IMG/VR virus record: IMGVR_UViG_3300009149_000032
Location: 292-64,291 of that record
Source of the DNA: a virus
Lineage: Duplodnaviria > Caudoviricetes
DNA: 64,000 bases
Strand: one strand, 5' to 3'
The position numbers and the translations under genes are program-made. The notes under the pieces are model-generated. The model saw only the letters and a list, made by a program, of their open reading frames with translations, ran no database searches and was not told the DNA's origin. Positions 54,883 through 63,705 of this stretch are shown here, piece after piece. Position 1 is the stretch's first letter. Each line of letters begins with the position of its first letter.

Positions 54883-55610
54883 ATCCAACTATAAAAAATA
54901 TAAAGAGTCTAGCATCACAACACAAAGTTCTCAGAGGTGTAAACCCATTCACATTAAATGTAGAGACAATCAATAAGATTTGCGACATTTGTATTGATGA
55001 GGTTCAATCCTCAATAGTTTCTAAGAGTGGAATCGATTGGAACTGCTCTTGGAAGAGTCAATCAATTCTCACCAAAGCAGAATTAGAACAGAACTACAAA
55101 CCCATCCCAAGACTCGACCGACTTATTCAAACCATCACAGAGAATCTTCAAAGGTCATTCCCTATAAAAGTATCCATGACTAAGAAGTTGGGACCGGAAT
55201 ATGTTTACTTCTGCTCTGGCGAGAAAAGTAATAACGATTGGGTACACGTTCCACACCTCAATAGATTTTCTAGCAATAAGATATACTACAAGATATTCGT
55301 TCACGAACTTGGTCACGCTGCTTGCTCTCGCAACCGTCTCTGCCTGAAGTTTGGTATGATGGATGAAGAGGAAGTGACTGTGGATTCTGTAGCAATGATC
55401 CTCTGCTTTCTTATGGGTATCAATGTTTGGGAAGATAGTATTGCTTATTCACAGAACAGATCATACGGAGAAAAGAAGAAGAAGAAGAAAGATCATATCT
55501 TATATGTGAAGACAGCAAAGCAGTGGAGAACTATCAAGAACAAGACCAAAAGGATTGTCAAATACTTCTTATCGGGTCGTGAGAAACCTACCGGACTCAT
55601 ATCTCTATAA
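54879..55610 (+). CDS. Zincin-like metallopeptidase (ArdC/MPTase-like)
   Basis: D-VHVP---F-S---YY----HELGHA...RL...EEE--. Confidence 0.65.
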   Translation: MNPTIKNIKSLASQHKVLRGVNPFTLNVETINKICDICIDEVQSSIVSKSGIDWNCSWKSQSILTKAELEQNYKPIPRLDRLIQTITENLQRSFPIKVSMTKKLGPEYVYFCSGEKSNNDWVHVPHLNRFSSNKIYYKIFVHELGHAACSRNRLCLKFGMMDEEEVTVDSVAMILCFLMGINVWEDSIAYSQNRSYGEKKKKKKDHILYVKTAKQWRTIKNKTKRIVKYFLSGREKPTGLISL

Positions 55611-55638
55611 AAAACATACGTCGATTATAAGAATGAAA

Positions 55639-55665
55639 AAAGCCTTAGAGTAGATCTAAGGCTTT
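55639..55665. terminator. Bidirectional terminator between convergent units
   Basis: AAAGCCTTAGA-N5-TCTAAGGCTTT with an A-run on the left and T-rich sequence on the right. Confidence 0.7.
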
Positions 55666-55711
55666 CCTTTCTATAAGAATGTTCTATGACCCTCTAGGAT
55701 TTTTTATAAGG

Positions 55712-56446
55712 CTATTTGAAATCCATAGTGACAACCAAGAGGTTCGCTTTCTGATCAAGGAAGGTTGTTATATTTTTAATCCTGTCTTTCTTCTTTCCCA
55801 TACTCTCAAGAAGTTTCTCATATGCATCTACGTGAGTAGGATTTGGTTTGAGTTTAACAACCCACGGTGACTTATCTGAGGATAAAGATTTCTTAATGGT
55901 CTTCTCTTCAATCTTATTGCTGAAGTCGCTGATAACCTTCTGGATATTTGGATACATACCTGAGATTTGACGAACTGTTTTACCTCTGTCTACCAATACA
56001 ACGGTAGGATTATTGCGGAACTCAAATCCATTTGCTTGTACATCATTCTTTTCTATCTTATAGAATGATACATTCGCTGCGATCTCTGGTGTAATAGACT
56101 TATCAATCAGACGAAGCATATACTTGCAGGAACTACAACCTTTGAAGTGAGCGATAACATACACAGACATTCCCTTGGCTGAGTGTTTGAGAATATTATA
56201 ACGTCCGGAGATTCGAGGAAGCGTATCAATATTCTTTAACTGACTCAAGTCTACCACTCCACCACCAACTGACTTAGAAGTTCTGGGGATGGTCTTTTTC
56301 TTAGAGACTCTTTGCCTTTGTGAATAGTCTAAGAATGAATCAGATATCTTCTTGCCTGTTGCGTCGAGAAGAGGAGCGTCGAACTTCTTTAGATACTTCT
56401 TACGTTTGTTACCACAACTTGAACAACCCATTGTATCTCCTACCAA
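55712..56446 (-). CDS. Thioredoxin-fold protein
   Basis: FKGCSSCKYM, cis-Pro loop NPTVVLV...G; second GCSSCG at the N-terminus. Confidence 0.65.
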   Translation of the reverse strand: MVGDTMGCSSCGNKRKKYLKKFDAPLLDATGKKISDSFLDYSQRQRVSKKKTIPRTSKSVGGGVVDLSQLKNIDTLPRISGRYNILKHSAKGMSVYVIAHFKGCSSCKYMLRLIDKSITPEIAANVSFYKIEKNDVQANGFEFRNNPTVVLVDRGKTVRQISGMYPNIQKVISDFSNKIEEKTIKKSLSSDKSPWVVKLKPNPTHVDAYEKLLESMGKKKDRIKNITTFLDQKANLLVVTMDFK

Positions 56447-57414
56447 ACTGAAGACAATCCCTCGGAGAACGATTCGAGGATTGCTTTATTGTGAAATGGG
56501 AACCAAACTTCTTCACCCTTTTGTATTCTTCTTGTGTAACCGAATGCGTCTTGGATAAGTTGAAGTTCTCTGAGTTCAATGTTCACTGAGATATCATACT
56601 TCTTTTTCCCATTGACACATAGGAGCAGATCATCTATATCATCCTCAATTCTGTATACTGCTGTATCCATTGTCCAATACTTAATCGTATCTCGTAGTGT
56701 ACGATACTTTAACTTGACTGCTTCTCTATCGTCAATGTCGAGTATCTGGTCAGCGATTGGATCGACTATGTTCTCGATCTTCCAATCCATTGCTCTTGTA
56801 TCATAGACTAGGATTACTCTATCTTCTGCAGCGGAATCGTCATATGTATTGTATGGTACGTCAATGAAATCAAATACGCTTTGCTGATAGAACTCTGCAT
56901 AGAATTCCTCAACAGAGTCCAAGAAGATTACCAACGCTCGAAACGTTTCGTTGAGTAGTTCGTAACTCTTGAAATCGTAATCATACTTCTCAAGATTCTT
57001 CAGGATGATCTTTCCGTCCTTAATCTTCAGACCTGTTTCAGTAAGAGCGGTTGTACCTGTAGGTAGAACCTCACCTGCTATCTTATAGTCAGGTTCGAGA
57101 ACGTCTAGAGTATTCCTATCGTAAGTAGCAGAGACTTGATTGAAAACCATTTCGATAAACTTGGAGTTGGATACAAGATCAAACCCCAGAGTATTCCAGT
57201 TCAATACCTTTTCATTTCCTATAGGAAGAAGTGGTGCAGTCTCGCCGGGGTTAGTAGAGTGTGCTGCGATCCATGCACTCTCTGTTGGTTCGTCTATAAG
57301 TACCGCTGCTTGTTCTTCAAGTATGAGTAAGTCTGTCATCGACTTGTACATTGTATCGATAGCAGTCTTAACTCTTCTGTCTTTAATATTTGTGTCTTTG
57401 TATAAAAATCCCAC
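56440..57414 (-). CDS. Hypothetical late protein
   Basis: Follows gp13; GTG start with AGGA RBS; no recognised family. Confidence 0.55.
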   Translation of the reverse strand: MGFLYKDTNIKDRRVKTAIDTMYKSMTDLLILEEQAAVLIDEPTESAWIAAHSTNPGETAPLLPIGNEKVLNWNTLGFDLVSNSKFIEMVFNQVSATYDRNTLDVLEPDYKIAGEVLPTGTTALTETGLKIKDGKIILKNLEKYDYDFKSYELLNETFRALVIFLDSVEEFYAEFYQQSVFDFIDVPYNTYDDSAAEDRVILVYDTRAMDWKIENIVDPIADQILDIDDREAVKLKYRTLRDTIKYWTMDTAVYRIEDDIDDLLLCVNGKKKYDISVNIELRELQLIQDAFGYTRRIQKGEEVWFPFHNKAILESFSEGLSSVW

Positions 57415-57425
57415 AGTAGTTTCCT

Positions 57426-58163
57426 TTAGGCAACAAAGAAGTCAGGTGGAGTTGACCATTCAGTTAGGAGAGACTCTTCAAGTTTCGTAATCATCTCCTC
57501 ACCTTTATTGAGATACATATCTGCATTCAAGGTTGCGCCGCCCGGAAGCACCATACCTGCATACTTGCCACGGTTCATTCCAATCTGTACCAGACATTTA
57601 GCGAATACATAATCTCTTATCCAAGAATGTCTGTAGAGTTGACCCTCTGGTCGCTTCACCCAAACATCAATGAATAATCCACCATTGTATTTGGGGAACG
57701 GAAGTATACGGGCAATCTGTGCAAACTCATCTATCTCTACTCTGTATTGTCTCCCATACATTGTCTTGAACATATCCAACCACTCATACATTATTTGGAA
57801 TGTGATAACGTCTGGTTGGTATATATTGAACCCCCAACGGTGCAACATCATATTCTCTACGGTGAATAGAGTATTCAGGTTGCTCCATATGTCGGAGTTG
57901 TAATCACTGAGAACTTCATTGACTGCTGTAACCGCAGGGGTTACATCACTGATATCAACCCAACCGGTTCCTGCTGTAACTGGAAGGTAGAGAATTCTTT
58001 CCTCTTGAGCGATACCAATTGCCTGTTCGTAGAATCTATCCAGTGCGAAGTCAATGATATCATCTATCTGTAAATCATGAAGGTCAGAAGTCTTGATACA
58101 AGGTGCGCCAAGTCTTCTGTGGATATATTCGATCAGTTCTGGTCTGCTAGTAATCTTTGCCAT
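57426..58163 (-). CDS. gp13-like neck protein
   Basis: EL--YI-RRLGAP, QIDD-I--AL, W--DY--A---Q-G---GKY----LPGG--LN, PP-F. Confidence 0.88.
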   Translation of the reverse strand: MAKITSRPELIEYIHRRLGAPCIKTSDLHDLQIDDIIDFALDRFYEQAIGIAQEERILYLPVTAGTGWVDISDVTPAVTAVNEVLSDYNSDIWSNLNTLFTVENMMLHRWGFNIYQPDVITFQIMYEWLDMFKTMYGRQYRVEIDEFAQIARILPFPKYNGGLFIDVWVKRPEGQLYRHSWIRDYVFAKCLVQIGMNRGKYAGMVLPGGATLNADMYLNKGEEMITKLEESLLTEWSTPPDFFVA

Positions 58164-58199
58164 TATTATTTCCTCTACCTATAAATTGTCCCTCATCTT

Positions 58200-58207
58200 T
58201 ATTTATA
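58200..58207 (-). promoter_or_regulatory. T4 late promoter TATAAATA, in the loop of an inverted repeat
   Basis: Exact TATAAATA on the minus strand upstream of gp13, flanked by GTCCCTC/GAGGGAC. Confidence 0.7.
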
Positions 58208-58242
58208 GACGAGGGACGTAAAGTATGAGAAGAATTTCACTA

Positions 58243-58785
58243 TTAAGCGTCTTGAATGTCAACACACATTTTTATAAGTGTATCTTTCTTTTCTTTCAGG
58301 AGAACATACTCTTTAAGATCTTCGTTGTTCTCTATAATATATTCAGCGAGTTGACGCTTAGTGTATGCTACAAAGTCTGTATCTTCTTTCTCTTCTTCAA
58401 CTTCCTCCTCTTCTTCAACTTCCTCAGTAAGGAGTTCCATAGGAGCATCTTCTTCCTCTTCGATGTCAATCTCTACAACCTGCCCGGAGTTCTCTACGTT
58501 AGCAAATGGATCAAGTCTGTCTTGCTTCTCAAAGACTTCCTCATCTGATGCAGTAATAACTACAGAGGATTCCTGTTCGACGATCTCTTTGATCTTTCTG
58601 ACTCTGGAATGCTTGCGCTTCTTTACTACGTCATCGAACTGTGCTACCGCTCTGGCATTATTGACTTGAGATGATGGTAAATCTACCAACTCTCCGGGAC
58701 TGAGTGTGTAACTATAACATTTTCCCATTGAGGTCCAAGTGATTGTTCTCCGAGCGCACCCCACGTAACGAAGTGTTGTGTACAT
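58243..58785 (-). CDS. Acidic hypothetical late protein
   Basis: Glu-rich middle; short C-terminal helical motif; GGAG RBS. Confidence 0.55.
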   Translation of the reverse strand: MYTTLRYVGCARRTITWTSMGKCYSYTLSPGELVDLPSSQVNNARAVAQFDDVVKKRKHSRVRKIKEIVEQESSVVITASDEEVFEKQDRLDPFANVENSGQVVEIDIEEEEDAPMELLTEEVEEEEEVEEEKEDTDFVAYTKRQLAEYIIENNEDLKEYVLLKEKKDTLIKMCVDIQDA

Positions 58786-58787
58786 AA

Positions 58788-61700
58788 TTAATCTCCCTTT
58801 TTGTCTTTCTTACTTTCTTTTTTCTTCTCTAAATCCTTTTTACGTTTCTCTTCAAAGGTTTTGTAAACGATTCTAACGTCACCAATTACTTCTGTTCTTA
58901 CTTTCCTACCGTCTCTAACTGGAAGAGCATTGACTTGTTTGGTTTGAGTGTGGGAAGGTTCTTTCTTTTCTTTCTTATCTTTCTTCTTCTTACTGTCTTT
59001 CTCTTTCTTAAACTTCTCCGCACTACCCTCTTCATCAAGTTCAGAACTCTCTAATAGACTACCATTAGCAAATGCTGATACTGTTGATGTTTCGATAGGA
59101 TCTTCGTTGTTCTTAAGTGTAGAGAGGTCGATCACGTAATACTCTTTGTTACCCTTACCCTTTGAAGTCTTCTCAGCAAACTCCTCAGCTTTGTCTTGTG
59201 CATCAAACTCTTTAATGATTCTAGCACCATCATCCATGACAGCAAATTTACCACTCTCTTCTGTCTGAACACTCTGACTCACATGAGCAGAAGCAAGTTT
59301 GTAGAATACTTTTTCAAGGTTGTGAGCAGAGACACCAAGTTCATCAGCAAATGCATGAACCTCTTTGTCATCTGGATTCTCATGACCCTTTAACCATTCT
59401 ACAACTTTACCTTCAAGATCTTCGCTCTCTTCAGATACAGATGAGATATTTGTGAGAACAGACTTAGCGGAGGATGGTGGAGTAAGTATCTTACCACTCT
59501 CTTCAATCGATTCATCTTTAGGATACTCAGCAATTACATTACCATAGAATCCATCTGGATTAACCTTAAGGCTTGTAGGTTCTTCTGTGATTCCTTTATC
59601 CTTCATCATTGCTCTGAATCGCTTCTCTGCTTCTTTAGCAACCCAGTAGATGTAGCGGAAGTCAACTGTAACCTTCTTAGGTTCTGACTTGAACTTGAAA
59701 GTATTCTCTCCGAAGAACTTCTGAAGAACCTTGAAATAATCTTCAAGTGATTGACCTTCTCCTCTTTCTGGATCTTCTTCGGTCATTTCCTTCTCTTCGT
59801 GTTGTGGTTCAATCTTCTGGAGTTTTGAGTAGTAGTTGGGAAGTTCTGCGAGATGATCAAGAGCAATCTCTTTAGCGAGTTTCTTATCCTTAGTGTGTTC
59901 CATCTCAACCTTAACACCCATTGCTAACTCTTCTGGGTTTACGTCTGCAGCAGTAACGCTTTTCTTATCTGCTTCACCGGTTGTGTCTGGACAATCTTCT
60001 GCCTCATCCATCCCCTCATTCAATTTGAGAGTGGATAGGAAGTCTGCGAGAATAACTACGTCATCCTCAGTCTTGAATGGATCGCTATCGGTTGTTCTAT
60101 CTCTATCTAACTGATTACTGTTGAAGGTTGATACAGCGGAATAAACAATGTCATTTGTTTGTGGTCTTGGTTTCTTTGTTATCTCAGTCTTATAGTTCTT
60201 TCCACTTGAGTTCCAATCGTAGGTAGCAACATTCTCTGTGCTTACATCTACGTTCTCAAACTTCTTCAGTTCCAGAACTTCCCTTTCCGTAAAAGGGACT
60301 GCTTCTTTTTCGACTGCCTCTGTTACCTGTTGTTCTGTAGACTCGATAAGATTCTTGATATGACTATCAATAATCTCGTCAGTAGATTGCATCTCTTTGA
60401 GATTACCCATCTGAAGTTCCTGCTCGAATCTTTCTCTCAAAGCATCTGCTGTCTTCAAACGAATTGATCTTGGGAACACAGCATCGGGATTACTTGAACC
60501 TGTAACACATTTCCTTGCACCCATGTCTGCAAGAGTTTCGAATGCTTTGGCAGCAAGTTTAGGTTCGTAGATACCTTCCTTCTGTTTACGTAGAAGGTTG
60601 TTGACTATAACTTTGAAACGTCCTTCCTTACCCCCGAGAACTGGATCATTGTCGATACAAGTTATGAGTTGCTTTACTTTACCAACAGGTTGAATGTCCT
60701 CTTTGAGTGCTTTCTGTTCTTGAGTCTCCCCGTCCTCACCAGACTCAGGAAGTGAAAGTTCTCTTTCTTTTGGAGTTTCGTCTACTGCTACACCTTCTAC
60801 TTCTTTACCACAGTAACCTTTAGGTTTCTTTTGCTTCTTATCTTCTGGGTCTTTGTTAATGTCCGTTACTTTAATCTTCTCAGGTTCAGGAATCTCATCG
60901 TCATCTGGACCCATCTCTTGCGGAGTATGTGCCTTGAGTTCTTTGAGTGGTACGAACTGAGCAACCTCATCAAAGTCTGTAGTGATAAGAATAGAAGTCA
61001 TCTCTTCACCAGACGGAGCGAAGTCTACAACAAACCACGGTTGACCATCCCACAGAACTGGTTGCCCTGCGATCCAATCTTCCGCTGCATAACTGTTAGC
61101 ACGGTTGTTATTAAGTATCTCACCCCACTCACCCTTCTCTGCAGGATGAACTTTGTGACGTACCAACTTCAACTTTGGCACACCGGAACCTTTACCTTCA
61201 AGCATATACTCACGCTCTTCACTAATGATCTTAGTCATTTTGAAACTGCGTGGTTTAGACTTCTGAAGTTTAAGACGGAACGCTTCAAGTTCTCTGTTGT
61301 TAAGACGAAGGTTATAGACTTGCTTGTTCGTGAGAACACTGTCTACTCTTACTTCGAACTGTGCTTCAAGTTCTTTCCAAGGTTCAAGATCACCATCCTT
61401 AGGTCCGATGTATTTGATCTGAACATTAGAGAACTGGTAATCATCCAGAGATACTTTCTCTCCGGGAGTACCAGATAGTACAGACTTGATAGAGGTACGA
61501 AGTTCCTCATCCTTTCTACTCTTTGGATCTCTCAACCAAACCTTGCTACCAGTTTTGAAAAGGTCTGCTGCAATCTCTTTCTTAAGAATCTGTTCTTTTC
61601 TATAAGGAAACAGATAGTAGTGGACTTTATCTGGTGTAACTTTGGTTGTGATAATCATAGGGGGTTCTGAAGAAGCACCCATGAAGTATCGCTGATTGGG

Positions 61701-61958
61701 TCCAACGTAAACACCGTCAACCACATCACCTTGATTATTAGCAGCAGGAGGGGCAACATCGTCACCCCTTGCTTCTTGTAGATTTATTAGAGTATTGGAA
61801 AGAGCAGGAGTTTTTCTACCTTCATTCTTAACATAAGGTTCGAATTCCTTCTTAACTCCACCTCTATCTCTTTGTACTCCACCGAGAAAGTCACTAAGCG
61901 GTTCAATCGCTTTCTTGGTTTTATTCTCCTGATACGGAGTGTTTTCGAATTCTGGCAT
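58788..61958 (-). CDS. Large multi-module head/internal protein containing a DUF5661-like domain
   Basis: EL-MG--VE-EHT-----A-EIALDHL-E-P-YY-KL; many [LIVM]xE motifs; head-gene context. Confidence 0.65.
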   Translation of the reverse strand: MPEFENTPYQENKTKKAIEPLSDFLGGVQRDRGGVKKEFEPYVKNEGRKTPALSNTLINLQEARGDDVAPPAANNQGDVVDGVYVGPNQRYFMGASSEPPMIITTKVTPDKVHYYLFPYRKEQILKKEIAADLFKTGSKVWLRDPKSRKDEELRTSIKSVLSGTPGEKVSLDDYQFSNVQIKYIGPKDGDLEPWKELEAQFEVRVDSVLTNKQVYNLRLNNRELEAFRLKLQKSKPRSFKMTKIISEEREYMLEGKGSGVPKLKLVRHKVHPAEKGEWGEILNNNRANSYAAEDWIAGQPVLWDGQPWFVVDFAPSGEEMTSILITTDFDEVAQFVPLKELKAHTPQEMGPDDDEIPEPEKIKVTDINKDPEDKKQKKPKGYCGKEVEGVAVDETPKERELSLPESGEDGETQEQKALKEDIQPVGKVKQLITCIDNDPVLGGKEGRFKVIVNNLLRKQKEGIYEPKLAAKAFETLADMGARKCVTGSSNPDAVFPRSIRLKTADALRERFEQELQMGNLKEMQSTDEIIDSHIKNLIESTEQQVTEAVEKEAVPFTEREVLELKKFENVDVSTENVATYDWNSSGKNYKTEITKKPRPQTNDIVYSAVSTFNSNQLDRDRTTDSDPFKTEDDVVILADFLSTLKLNEGMDEAEDCPDTTGEADKKSVTAADVNPEELAMGVKVEMEHTKDKKLAKEIALDHLAELPNYYSKLQKIEPQHEEKEMTEEDPERGEGQSLEDYFKVLQKFFGENTFKFKSEPKKVTVDFRYIYWVAKEAEKRFRAMMKDKGITEEPTSLKVNPDGFYGNVIAEYPKDESIEESGKILTPPSSAKSVLTNISSVSEESEDLEGKVVEWLKGHENPDDKEVHAFADELGVSAHNLEKVFYKLASAHVSQSVQTEESGKFAVMDDGARIIKEFDAQDKAEEFAEKTSKGKGNKEYYVIDLSTLKNNEDPIETSTVSAFANGSLLESSELDEEGSAEKFKKEKDSKKKKDKKEKKEPSHTQTKQVNALPVRDGRKVRTEVIGDVRIVYKTFEEKRKKDLEKKKESKKDKKGD

Positions 61959-61996
61959 ATGCTACCCTTTATAAGTTATACGTTGAAACAAATAGA

Positions 61997-62980
61997 CTAT
62001 TTAGATTTCTTCGTGCGAGTCTTTCTTACACGTTTCTTAGTCGTTTCTTTTGTTTCTTCTTTCATAACTTTCTTATTGGTCTTCTTAGTTGCTTTCTTCT
62101 TGGTTGCTTTCTTAGGTTCGATTGCTTCTGATATCATACGGTTAACAAGTTTATCAAGGTCTTCACTCTCTTCTATTTCTTCCTTGCCCTTCTTCTTGTC
62201 TTCCTCTTTCTCTTCTTCTACTTCGTCTTCATCATCTTCTGGTTCTGTGTCAGCGGGTTCTTCTGCAGGTGCTTCTTCTGGCGCAGGTTCTTCGTCACCA
62301 CCTTCAAGATCAGCATCCCCGGCAGAACCTTCTAACTCTTCACCACCTTCTGCATCACCCTCTGGTTCACCTTCTGCTTCTGGTGCAGGTTCGTCTTCAA
62401 CCTTAACGACTGATCCTTGAGGATTGATAACTGCAAACTTCTTGCCGTTCTCGTCTTGGTATTCTGAAGGACTAATCTTTTCAAATTCACCTTCGACACC
62501 TGACTCTTCACCGAAAGTAAATTTATCACCAACCTCAAGTTCTTCGAAGTTAGTAACCCCTGCTTCACCTTCTGCTTCTTCAACCTCTTCAGGTTCTTCT
62601 TCAGGTTCCTCTTCAGGTTCCTCTTCGGTTTCAGGTTCCTCTTCAGGTTCCTCTTCGGGTTCCTCTTCAACATCACCCTCGTCGTCTACGGGTTCGTCGT
62701 CTACAGGTTCCTCGTCGTCGAGTTCGTCCTCAGGAGCAGGGGCACCTTCTTCAGCGTCCTCTTCGACTTCCTCGTCGTCTCCTTTAGGTTCTCCATCCTC
62801 GTCAACATCTTTCTCTTCTTCAACCTCTTCATCATCCTCATCGTCTTCTTCTTTCATAAGATCTTCGAGGTCGATTGTTTTAAGGTCGAATGATTCTTTG
62901 ATAGTCTCAAGGAGAGTTGAACGAATGTCCTCCATCTCTTCCTGCAAACTTTGTAGTCTCTTAAGTACGGTGCGAAGCAT
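61997..62980 (-). CDS. Highly acidic prohead core/scaffold-like protein
   Basis: Very Glu/Asp-rich with EEEP repeats and a basic C-terminal tail; downstream of the portal. Confidence 0.55.
   Translation of the reverse strand: MLRTVLKRLQSLQEEMEDIRSTLLETIKESFDLKTIDLEDLMKEEDDEDDEEVEEEKDVDEDGEPKGDDEEVEEDAEEGAPAPEDELDDEEPVDDEPVDDEGDVEEEPEEEPEEEPETEEEPEEEPEEEPEEVEEAEGEAGVTNFEELEVGDKFTFGEESGVEGEFEKISPSEYQDENGKKFAVINPQGSVVKVEDEPAPEAEGEPEGDAEGGEELEGSAGDADLEGGDEEPAPEEAPAEEPADTEPEDDEDEVEEEKEEDKKKGKEEIEESEDLDKLVNRMISEAIEPKKATKKKATKKTNKKVMKEETKETTKKRVRKTRTKKSK
62585..62669 (-). repeat. Imperfect 12-bp tandem repeat encoding EEEP
   Basis: (TTCAGGTTCCTC)n on the + strand. Confidence 0.75.
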
Positions 62981-63006
62981 TTGTATCTCCTTTGATCGGT
63001 TAAGTA

Positions 63007-63633
63007 TTATTCTTCTGATTCTTTATCGGAATCTTCGTCTTCTGGTTCTTCTACTTCTGGTTCTTCGTCTGGGTCATCCTTCTCTACATCATCTGCTCGG
63101 AAGTAAACCGTTTCTCTACCTAAATTCTTATCATCAATATTGGAATCGATTCGCTTCTTGATGATGTTTGCTTCTTGGAAACTTCCTTTACGTCTTGCTG
63201 CGAAATATTCCGATACCCACTTCCTCAAAGTCTCGTCAGTCTCAAGCATCTTCTCAGTCTTGATGATTCGACCTTTGAGTGAACCCTGTTTCTTTTTAGT
63301 GAATGTTTCTTCACTCTCTGCATCTGGATCTGGTTCAACAGTCTCAGCAGGATCTTCGTCACCTGCTACGATAGTTTCTTTGCGTCTCTTAGCATCCTTT
63401 GCTTGCTTCTGATCCTCAGGAGAAAGAATAACACCATCCTTCTTCAACTTACCAGTACGGTCTTGAGATAGGATTGCTTCCTCAATTTTCTTATCCTTTG
63501 GATTAGGATTCACAGCAACGTCTGCTATACTAACATTTTCCCCAAGAAGAGTACCCAATCCCAATATCAAATCAGAGCATTCTTCCTCAAATTTATCTAT
63601 CTTCTTGATGGTTTTATTAAGAACTTTGAGCAT
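63007..63633 (-). CDS. Hypothetical head-region protein
   Basis: AAAGGA RBS; CTAAATA motif at 63664-63670 on the minus strand. Confidence 0.55.
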   Translation of the reverse strand: MLKVLNKTIKKIDKFEEECSDLILGLGTLLGENVSIADVAVNPNPKDKKIEEAILSQDRTGKLKKDGVILSPEDQKQAKDAKRRKETIVAGDEDPAETVEPDPDAESEETFTKKKQGSLKGRIIKTEKMLETDETLRKWVSEYFAARRKGSFQEANIIKKRIDSNIDDKNLGRETVYFRADDVEKDDPDEEPEVEEPEDEDSDKESEE

Positions 63634-63705
63634 TTGGATTCCTTTATGTAATCGATACTATAATATTTAGTGTGGAAATCTCATAATAAATAGTTTTTCT
63701 TGAGT

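Noticed and set aside
56440-57414. gp14 neck protein, suggested by its position after gp13
   Set aside because: No gp14 motifs recognised
62424-63161. Long Ser-rich + strand ORF, and similar ones at 61872 and 58361
   Set aside because: Antisense shadows of Glu/Asp-rich minus-strand genes
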